Origin: Candidatus Thorarchaeota archaeon
GTDB lineage: Archaea > Asgardarchaeota > Thorarchaeia > Thorarchaeales > Thorarchaeaceae
Direction of reading: 5' to 3'
NCBI GenBank assembly: GCA_046482545.1
Contig: JAWOEX010000022.1
Location: forward strand, 53,817-117,816
DNA length: 64,000 bases
The position numbers were made by a program, and so were the translations under genes. The notes under the pieces were generated by a model, which worked only from the letters and a program-made list of their open reading frames with translations, searched no databases and was not told the origin of the DNA. This document shows, piece by piece, positions 56,568 to 64,000 of this stretch; the stretch's first letter is position 1, and each line of letters begins with the position of its first letter.

Positions 56568-57770
56568 ATGACCGTCATAGATGACAGTAATGTATTTGAT
56601 ACAGAAAATATAGTGGAGGCACTCGGACAGGTGAACGTGTCCGCATTCCTGGATAAATGGGGGCCTGAAGAGGTCATTCAAGTCTATGAACCCGAAACAC
56701 AAATGCAGGGTTTTCTAGTAATTGATAATACTGCACGTGGTCCCGGCAAGGGCGGAATCAGGATATCTGAATCTGTGACTCCACTTGAAGTATTCAAGCT
56801 AGCGCGAGCTATGACTTGGAAGTGTGCCTTGGCAGATCTTCCTTTTGGGGGGGCAAAATCTGGGATTAGGGTGAATCCTTACAACTCTGACAAATGCAAA
56901 TTGATTAGAGCATTTGCGCAGAAGATTGCACCTCTTGTTCCTGCGAAATACATTGCAGCACCAGATATGAATGTTGGAGAGGAAGAGATTGCTGCATTTG
57001 TCGAGACTGTGGGTGACCTCCAATCGGCAACTGGGAAACCACGCGACATGGGAGGAATTCCCCACGAACTGGGTACTACTGGATTCGGTGTGGGAGTTGC
57101 CCTAGAGAAGGGTCTTGATATGCTTCACGAGAATCTCTCACTATCATCGGATCTAGCCGAGAATAGAGTTGTCATTCAGGGATTTGGAAATGTCGGTCTT
57201 GGCGTTGCTGAATATCTATCCAAGAGAAACGCCAAAATAGTTGCATTGAATGATTACTGGGGTACCACATATGCACCTGATGGCATAGATTTCGAGAAGG
57301 TCAAGAAACATGCGTATGCTACCAGTGAGTCTGCCTCAGTGAAGAACTATGCAGACGGTACGGAGCTACCTCGTGATCATATATTCTCCATCGATTGTGA
57401 CATTTTTGTTCCTTGCGCTGTCGGGAACGTTATCAATGCGAAAACTGCACCCGAACTGAAAGCTCGATACATAGTCGAAGGGGCAAACAATGCTACAAAT
57501 CCAAAAACGGGAGAAGCCCTATACCGGCGAGGTGTAACCATTATTCCTGATTTTCTTGCCAACTCTGGTGGTGTGATAGGCTCTTATGTCGAGTACAAAG
57601 GAGGAGACTCGGCTGAAGCGTTCTCAATGATTGAATCTAAAATTAGGGCAAACACCGAAGTAGTGCTTTCTGAATCAGTCGATAGAGGATTACCTCCAAG
57701 ACATGTTGCAATGGAAGTTGCCCAGCGACGAGTTCTCGAAGCAATGGAAGAACGACAAGCGGATCGATAA
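56568..57770 (+). CDS. gdhA: Glutamate dehydrogenase (Glu/Leu/Phe/Val dehydrogenase family)
   Basis: Catalytic K-region (…GPGKGGIRIS…, LPFGGAKSGIR) and a Rossmann GFGNVG. 400 aa. Confidence 0.85.
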   Translation: MTVIDDSNVFDTENIVEALGQVNVSAFLDKWGPEEVIQVYEPETQMQGFLVIDNTARGPGKGGIRISESVTPLEVFKLARAMTWKCALADLPFGGAKSGIRVNPYNSDKCKLIRAFAQKIAPLVPAKYIAAPDMNVGEEEIAAFVETVGDLQSATGKPRDMGGIPHELGTTGFGVGVALEKGLDMLHENLSLSSDLAENRVVIQGFGNVGLGVAEYLSKRNAKIVALNDYWGTTYAPDGIDFEKVKKHAYATSESASVKNYADGTELPRDHIFSIDCDIFVPCAVGNVINAKTAPELKARYIVEGANNATNPKTGEALYRRGVTIIPDFLANSGGVIGSYVEYKGGDSAEAFSMIESKIRANTEVVLSESVDRGLPPRHVAMEVAQRRVLEAMEERQADR

Positions 57771-57773
57771 ACA

Positions 57774-58589
57774 ATGGTAGGCAGGCTGGAAGCTCCCTTG
57801 GGGATGCAATTCTCCCTTATTTGGGGGAACATGCGAAACCTTATAGACTTCACCACCATAAGAGTGCCTAGCCGCATTCGACTTATTGGCAGCATTCCCG
57901 GGCAGTTTCCAGTTGATGCCTACTACCCTATTTTTCTCGAAGAACCACGAGATGGAAAAAGATCCAACCTGTTTGGAAGGCACAACCATTCTAACAGGGT
58001 AACATGGAACCAGCTCGGAAAACCTGATTGGAAAAATATGCGGATAAGCCCATTGCCAGTGTATAACTATGAAGAAGGAATCGATCTCGACACGTTAAGA
58101 CATGTCTTTCCTTGGCTTGTTGGTGAATGGAACTCTTCTCTTGTTCCAGCTGGAATTCCTTGTTCTGCCATGGCAGCAACAATGAGGGGTGATTACTGCG
58201 AGGGAAGAGAAGCACAGCTGGCCTTGGTGACACTTCTGTGGGCCAATGGTACCGCAAAACAGCTCAAGCTAGAATGGTTCCAAGGGCCACTTGATGACTG
58301 CGTTAGTCCCGAATGGCATCTACAGACATCTTCCATAATCTCAGTTGCCCAATCTACGCATAGCACCCGTGACTACATTCGTAATGCTCCTTCTTGGGGC
58401 AGGCCATCTTTCTCACTGTTCGTCAATCCAACATGTATAGCTGAAGCCATTGTTTCCAAGGCTGAAGGTACAAGACAACAGAAGGGCTGGGATTACGGGT
58501 TCTACTACACTGATGAAGATGATTTTAGGGCAGAAACCATCCGAGTCTCAGAAGAGCTCGAGAATATGCTATCCATGCACTTCACCTAG
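57774..58589 (+). CDS. Hypothetical protein
   Basis: 271-aa ORF with no recognisable motif. Confidence 0.35.
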   Translation: MVGRLEAPLGMQFSLIWGNMRNLIDFTTIRVPSRIRLIGSIPGQFPVDAYYPIFLEEPRDGKRSNLFGRHNHSNRVTWNQLGKPDWKNMRISPLPVYNYEEGIDLDTLRHVFPWLVGEWNSSLVPAGIPCSAMAATMRGDYCEGREAQLALVTLLWANGTAKQLKLEWFQGPLDDCVSPEWHLQTSSIISVAQSTHSTRDYIRNAPSWGRPSFSLFVNPTCIAEAIVSKAEGTRQQKGWDYGFYYTDEDDFRAETIRVSEELENMLSMHFT

Positions 58590-58920
58590 TTATGATTCTG
58601 TCCGGGATATCGTAAATTTGTAGGCCGGAATATATTCAGTCATTGCATCTTTGCCATATTTTGTCATTTTTCATTTGATGGTTACTTACTCCACGAATAT
58701 CGAGGCATGCGGTTTGCGTCAATATATTGTGGCCGGCCCTGCCTATTCAGTTTTCTGCACCATTGAAGAGATTTCAATGTGGGAATACAACAACTCCTTC
58801 GACTTTCCTGCTGCGAAAAATCCAGGAGGAGCTATCTATGGTCCGGATTCGATGGTCATCCGACTCGCCGACAAGAAGATAAGACCTCACCAGAATACTT
58901 CATGAACAGGGTGCCACCAA

Positions 58921-60735
58921 ATGAGAATGATACAGATCTCGGACGTCTTCGATGTACCTGACCTTGAACTGGTTTCGTTGTCCCATGATAGTGAATTCCT
59001 ATTAGTAGCAAGCAATAGGGACAACGTTCCACATGTGTACCAAATCCGCCTATCAAATCCAGATGAATGGATTGATCTCACTCCGGGAGAAGACAGAGTT
59101 GCTACTGGAAGCCTCTCGGCTGATGACTCGCGATTCTTATTTCCCCGAGAGACGGCTGGAAACGAGAAGCATGACCTGTTTGTCACCGACCTTGAGTCTT
59201 ATGAAACCTCTCTGCTACTCGACTTAGACTCCATACGCGTTTTCAAGGCGGATTGGACGCCTGATGACCGTAACATCCTCTTCGATGGTTCATCCGCGTC
59301 AGAAATGGCGCTTCGCCGCTTCATACTGTCGGAGAAGGAGACTACCACCATCTACAAAACGACCGAGATGTCAGCCATGGGATTCATCAATCCTGAGAAA
59401 CCATTTGTCACGTACAGTGAACAGAAAGAGAACCATCCCACAGCAATGGATATCAAGGTCATTAACTACGAAACATCCGAGATTGAAGATACGATATCGC
59501 AGGGGCAAAACAGCCGAGATTATGATTTGGCATGGAGCACTGATGGGTCAAAGCTACTTTTTTGGACCAATGCACCAGGTACCCCGACACTTGCAGTTTG
59601 GGATATGAAGACATCTGAGGCAGCTTACTCTCAAGCGACCGAGCTCGGGCTTGGAATCGATTATGAGATTGCCAAATGGATACCTGATACTGATGACATT
59701 GTATACGCGGCCAAGCTGAATGGTGAGACCAGACTCTTCAGAGAGAACGTTTTTGACTCTGAAGAACCCAAGGAACTACCCATTCAGAATGGTTGGATAA
59801 GTGGAATGAAGACAGACAAGAATCGCCCTGATGTGTTGTTCATTGCATGGTCTAGCACAGCAAATCCAAACCAAATAGGGAAATACAATATTGAATCCGG
59901 CGATTTTGAAGTCATCCTTGATTCCAAACCCGATGATTTCACCACCAAGCTATCACAGTCCGAGTTTCTCCGCTATCCGACATTCGACGAGTGGAAGATT
60001 CCTGCTTTTGAGGTCCCACCAAGTCCTGATGCCCCCAAGCTCGATGGAGAACCAATTATCATTCTCGTTCATGGTGGTCCGTGGTGGGAGTTCTCAAATA
60101 GCTGGTCTGCTATGGGAACGGTCATCCAAGCGTATAGCACTGCAGGCTTCCGTGTATTCTGTCCAAACATCCGTGGGAGCACAGGCTATGGCGACGAATA
60201 CCAATTCTGCAACATAGGTGATCTGGGCGGCGACGATCTAAAGGACGTCCTCGAGGCACGAAAATACATGGCCAAGAAGTATCCCGACACCAAGAAATTC
60301 TTCTTGACCGGGGCAAGCTACGGTGGCTTCATGGCATTTCTAGCCCTGACCAAACACCCAGGAGTCTTCGATGCAGGTGCTGCGATAGTTGGCATTACGG
60401 ACTGGGTGGAGATGCATCGGCTGGGGGATGCAGTATTCAAACGTTTCACGGAGAATTTCTTTGAAGGTCCCCCAGACAGCAACAGGGAGCTCTATGAAGA
60501 TCGTTCAGCCATCAATTTTGTGGAGAAGATGGAGGATTCCCTTCTGATAATCCATAGAGCCAATGACTCACGCTGTCCAGTCCAACCAATCTACACATTC
60601 ACTGGGAAAGCAGTCTCGCTTGGCAAGCCTGTTGAAATCTATGTCGAGAGAAAGGCTGGTCACGGGGCTCAGAAGATGGATCATGTGCGTCAGCAATATG
60701 GAAGAGTGATTGACTTTTTCAGCAATCACCTATAG
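58921..60735 (+). CDS. S9-family serine peptidase (prolyl oligopeptidase / acylaminoacyl-peptidase type) with an N-terminal beta-propeller
   Basis: GASYGGFMA (GxSxGG nucleophile elbow), HGGPW and catalytic D/H (ERKAGHG) are present. The N-terminus is propeller-like. Confidence 0.8.
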   Translation: MRMIQISDVFDVPDLELVSLSHDSEFLLVASNRDNVPHVYQIRLSNPDEWIDLTPGEDRVATGSLSADDSRFLFPRETAGNEKHDLFVTDLESYETSLLLDLDSIRVFKADWTPDDRNILFDGSSASEMALRRFILSEKETTTIYKTTEMSAMGFINPEKPFVTYSEQKENHPTAMDIKVINYETSEIEDTISQGQNSRDYDLAWSTDGSKLLFWTNAPGTPTLAVWDMKTSEAAYSQATELGLGIDYEIAKWIPDTDDIVYAAKLNGETRLFRENVFDSEEPKELPIQNGWISGMKTDKNRPDVLFIAWSSTANPNQIGKYNIESGDFEVILDSKPDDFTTKLSQSEFLRYPTFDEWKIPAFEVPPSPDAPKLDGEPIIILVHGGPWWEFSNSWSAMGTVIQAYSTAGFRVFCPNIRGSTGYGDEYQFCNIGDLGGDDLKDVLEARKYMAKKYPDTKKFFLTGASYGGFMAFLALTKHPGVFDAGAAIVGITDWVEMHRLGDAVFKRFTENFFEGPPDSNRELYEDRSAINFVEKMEDSLLIIHRANDSRCPVQPIYTFTGKAVSLGKPVEIYVERKAGHGAQKMDHVRQQYGRVIDFFSNHL

Positions 60736-60916
60736 CCCACTTGCTACTGACTAAGAACGGAGTGCATCAACGGCTGCCGCCGCCTGAAATGACCCGACAG
60801 AACATTCACTTCAGACATAAAATTAATCGTTGACAAAATTATGAAGAAACTATATACAATTTCCGAGAACCTTAGAGTATAAGAGCTCAGATAATAATGA
60901 GCGGAACGCGAGGCTC

Positions 60917-62062
60917 TTGCTTTTGAAAAAAGGCATTCTATGGCTCATATTGCTTTCCTCCACCTTGACAGTAATGGCTGGATCTATCATTGGGCCTGTG
61001 GTCCGAAATATCAGGATTGATTTGGGTATAGACCCCTCTTCTGCAGGTTTGATAATCACAATGCACGGGATTTTCGTATTCCTGCTAAGTCCCTTGGCAG
61101 GCATCCTGATAGACAAAATCGGGTTCAAGCTTCCCTATGTATTCGGCCTGGTACTCTATGGAATGGCAGGGGGCTCCGGCCTGTTTCTTGATTCCTATCC
61201 CCTTCTCCTTGTCAGCAGAGCTTTTCTCGGTGTGGGGGTGGCCCTGATATTCACATCTGTTACCGTGATAATCCTCAATCTCTACAAAGGAAGCGGCAAA
61301 AACAAAGTCATGGGGTTTAGAGAAAGTGCCAACGGCCTTGGCTCAGTCGTGTGGCCCCTGATTGGCGGTGCTCTCGGTACAATCTCATGGCATATGCCTT
61401 TTGGCGTGTACCTGCTGGCCATCCCATTAGGAATACTATCTCTTGCTTATATGCCCAACATTGAACGTGCTACCACTGGGAGAGAAGGATCTGTGTTCTC
61501 AATCTTCCAGGAGAATATTGTTCTGATTGGAATCTACGCCTTCATGCTCCTAGTCCACCTGCTCCTCTACATGAATGTGATTTATCTTCCTGAGATTATC
61601 AAGGAACTGGGTATCACCAGCTCTTTTCAAGTCAGTTTGTTCCTCGCCGTTATGGGCCTTGCTGGTGGGACAACAGCCACCCAATATAATTGGGTGAGAG
61701 AAAGAGTATCCTATCACAACATGGTTCCTGTCATCTTCTTGCTGTGGATCGTTGGTTTCAGTTTCGCTTCTTTTGGGTCTTCTATTTGGACTTACATTCT
61801 GTCTGTAATCCTGTTTGGGATAGGACAAGGTTTGGCCTTTCCTACTATCATGCTCTGGGTGGGTGATCTGGTTCCCTCGTCTTTCCATGGGGCATTTAGC
61901 TCTTACCTTTCGACATTCGGTTATCTTGGCCAATTCCTATCGCCGATAGTCTTTGCTCCTGTGGTCATTTGGCTGGGTGTGGATCAAGTCTACATCACGG
62001 CTCTCCTCATTGCTCTCGGAGGCCTTACGCTCTCACTGCTCTCTTTGTACAAACGAGAGTAA
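60917..62062 (+). CDS. Major facilitator superfamily transporter
   Basis: 12 predicted TM helices with MFS motif-A-like sequences (GILIDKIGFK). Confidence 0.75.
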   Translation: MLLKKGILWLILLSSTLTVMAGSIIGPVVRNIRIDLGIDPSSAGLIITMHGIFVFLLSPLAGILIDKIGFKLPYVFGLVLYGMAGGSGLFLDSYPLLLVSRAFLGVGVALIFTSVTVIILNLYKGSGKNKVMGFRESANGLGSVVWPLIGGALGTISWHMPFGVYLLAIPLGILSLAYMPNIERATTGREGSVFSIFQENIVLIGIYAFMLLVHLLLYMNVIYLPEIIKELGITSSFQVSLFLAVMGLAGGTTATQYNWVRERVSYHNMVPVIFLLWIVGFSFASFGSSIWTYILSVILFGIGQGLAFPTIMLWVGDLVPSSFHGAFSSYLSTFGYLGQFLSPIVFAPVVIWLGVDQVYITALLIALGGLTLSLLSLYKRE

Positions 62063-62645
62063 GTGAAAGAAACTGACCAAGACCTAGTTCTCCAATTGTG
62101 GCGTACAGAATCACGAATCGGCGGTTGCCATCCCCATCCTTGTTGTATCGGAATCTCCCTGATTACCACATGGCAAAAGCTTCGCCAGTGGCTCATCACC
62201 AACGTTTCCCTGGCTATCCCCTTCGTAGGTGGCGTCTATGACCAAGTCTGCGTCCTCCAACTCGTCGAAGCCGAATCTCCGCCCCATCCTTGTTATATTC
62301 CTTTGGTACTGATTCTTCTACATTCTAAGCATAAAGGGGTTCATTTGTTTTTCCTTCTTGGGTTCTACTGAAATGCGTGATAGCGGTCTTCCACTGAACT
62401 GTCACTGGGATTCACTGATGGCAGTAGGGGCCCGAACCACCGCAGGCTTTTGAACTTCTCATACTGCGCAATGTGTCAGCAAATCAAGCCTCGTGTTCTT
62501 TGAGCCTGACTAAGAAAGGTCGTCTTAGCCCTTATTCGGCTCTTGCTGGCTGCGAGTGCATGATAGGAGCCTTCCTAAAGGGGGAATATTTCGGATATGC
62601 TGTGGTTTAAGAAAGCGTAGTTCTTTTTTGGATTTGAATTACTGA

Positions 62646-63629
62646 GTGAATTCTGGAGGGCTAAAATTGCTTGGTTATGAGGAGCTAAAGGAAAACATTG
62701 AACGCACTGATACAACAGTTGAATGTCCAGTTAAGGGATGCAGTGAAAGAGTGGTAAGACAAAGAGATACCTTTAGGAAAAAGAAAAGATTCCAGTGTTC
62801 AATACATAAAATCTACATTTCCCCATCAACCTTTGAATATCCAAGTGAACTAGATAACCTTCTTTGGAAAACTGACGAAGATTTAGAACTACTCAATAGA
62901 ATAAGTCAGGAGAAACGAGAACGCCGAATGCCTCGAGAACGTAGTGAAGACGCTGTCAGTTGGAATGTCTTTAGATTTCTCGAAAAGAATAATCTTGTTG
63001 AGGGATTCTTGGCATCGATAGCCAGGAAATCACTGAAATCATCTGATGTAATCTATTGGTCATACAGCCAAAAGGAAGATTCAGACTGGTCACTCCTGAA
63101 CAGAGCAAGAAGGGAGTTTGGAGAGAGATTATCCAGGAGTTCAGAGCCAGATATCATCATTGTGACCGAGAATTCACTCTTCTTCATTGAAACTAAGCTA
63201 ACTGCTAGAAATAGGACAGTTCCCAGTAATCCCCGGGCTTACAAGAAATATGAAACTGGTGGCAACAATTGGTTTTCAAATGTGTTTGAATCAGACTACA
63301 AGACAGTCGCGATAGTTGAGAAGAAGTACGAACTATTGCGTTTCTGGTTACTTGGAACATGGATAGCAGAACAGATGGATGTGGATTTCTATCTCGCCAA
63401 TCTGGTGAGATCTGGACGAGAACGAACTATTGAATCGATCTTCAAGAAGCATATCAAAGAAAATCAACAAAGACAATTTCTGCGAGCAACATGGGAGTCT
63501 ATCTACGATTATATATCGAAGAGCGGTCAATCTAAGGATAAAGAGAAAATGCTGAGATACTTCAGGAACAAAACCGTTGGTTATGATCATAATGGGAAGT
63601 TACAGAAGGCATTCACAATAACCAGATAA
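62646..63629 (+). CDS. Hypothetical protein with an N-terminal zinc ribbon and a PD-(D/E)xK nuclease-like core
   Basis: CPVKGC…CSIHK zinc ribbon. The core EPDIIIVTENSLFFIETKL fits the PD…(D/E)xK pattern. GTG start at 62646. Confidence 0.45.
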   Translation: MNSGGLKLLGYEELKENIERTDTTVECPVKGCSERVVRQRDTFRKKKRFQCSIHKIYISPSTFEYPSELDNLLWKTDEDLELLNRISQEKRERRMPRERSEDAVSWNVFRFLEKNNLVEGFLASIARKSLKSSDVIYWSYSQKEDSDWSLLNRARREFGERLSRSSEPDIIIVTENSLFFIETKLTARNRTVPSNPRAYKKYETGGNNWFSNVFESDYKTVAIVEKKYELLRFWLLGTWIAEQMDVDFYLANLVRSGRERTIESIFKKHIKENQQRQFLRATWESIYDYISKSGQSKDKEKMLRYFRNKTVGYDHNGKLQKAFTITR

Positions 63630-63726
63630 AGCACAATCATTCTCATCCCTTGCTATCTATAATTCTATACCATCTTTGGAAAGTAGAAGATTCAGCCCTT
63701 CTAATGAGAATTCGTTGTATGCCTTG

Positions 63727-63993
63727 TCATATCCCTAATTCATCAAGAAGTCTGCCTAGTTTTTCAAGGTACTCTTCTATGTTTACGATTTCGAATTCGG
63801 AGACATCACCATAATCTATATCCTCCTCAATTCCTTCCATGAATGACTGTCGATGTGTATCTTTGCTAACTGTATAGCTGTAAGTGTAGAACGTTCTCTT
63901 ATCACCCTGAGCTCTTCGAACTGTCTCCGTGAATGTCTCTCCGTTCCTCGAAACCAGTAGTTCTACCTTGATTTTATCATCTGTGAATCCCAA
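63727..63993 (-). CDS. Hypothetical small protein
   Basis: 88-aa ORF next to the PD-(D/E)xK gene with an acidic C-terminal half. No family assigned. Confidence 0.3.
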   Translation of the reverse strand: MGFTDDKIKVELLVSRNGETFTETVRRAQGDKRTFYTYSYTVSKDTHRQSFMEGIEEDIDYGDVSEFEIVNIEEYLEKLGRLLDELGI

Positions 63994-64000
63994 CGCTTTC

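Noticed and set aside
62132-62299. 17-bp direct repeat CCCCATCCTTGTT(G/A)TAT at 62132 and 62283, considered as attachment sites of a small mobile element
   Set aside because: There is only one pair. The enclosed 134 bp has no ORF or structure that I could identify. It is left as a low-priority observation attached to the PD-(D/E)xK finding.

Overview
This window is a 64-kb stretch of an archaeal chromosome with strong eukaryote-like informational content, consistent with an Asgard-like lineage (inference). Most of it is conserved core genes laid out in classic archaeal operon order.

Core gene content:
- Acetyl-CoA synthetase (ADP-forming) alpha and beta subunits (acdA/acdB), and a cis-prenyl diphosphate synthase (UppS).
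- FEN1, an RPA32-like OB-fold protein, aIF2beta, a DUF424 protein, an NMD3 homolog, aIF1A, Rio1 and a Dim2-like KH protein.
- Topoisomerase VI subunits B and A, and a GT4 glycosyltransferase (AglH/MraY-like).
- Glycine cleavage P-protein subunits, a SAMP/MoaD-like ubiquitin-fold protein followed by a MiaB-family methylthiotransferase, and a Gfo/Idh/MocA oxidoreductase.
- The secE-spt5-rpl11-rpl1-rpl10-rpl12 cluster, ftsZ, a PfkB kinase and argF.
- The rps19e-PDCD5-rpl39e-rpl31e-eIF6-rplX-pfdA-ftsY cluster, plus a YhbY protein, RNase P Rpp21 and Nep1.
- Split PEP-utilizing-enzyme domain proteins with ferredoxins, SixA, a PadR pair, glutamate dehydrogenase, an S9 peptidase and an MFS transporter.

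Four tRNA genes are present (Gln-TTG, Leu-GAG, Thr-CGT, Arg-TCT), two of them with introns. Two small conserved genes missed by the >=60-aa ORF track were recovered: secE and rpl39e. No rRNA genes, CRISPR arrays, transposases or integrases were seen.

The less ordinary content is:
- An operon of three Roadblock/LC7 proteins with a Ras-like small GTPase.
- A family of at least three to four related GC-rich non-coding elements of about 100-450 bp inserted into otherwise tight intergenic spacers, sharing a conserved 5' module of about 60 nt.
- A tRNA-Thr with a 29-nt intron in the T-loop flanked by a perfect bulge-helix-bulge motif.
- A SAMP/MoaD-like protein whose di-Gly motif is followed by a 7-residue tail, with the downstream methylthiotransferase's conserved N-terminus encoded in the -1 frame without an ATG.
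- Spt5 carrying a zinc-finger insertion.
- A cell-surface gene cluster: a large FKBP-domain glycoprotein, an acidic secreted protein, and a membrane-anchored winged-helix regulator.
- An orphan PD-(D/E)xK nuclease-like protein with a zinc ribbon.
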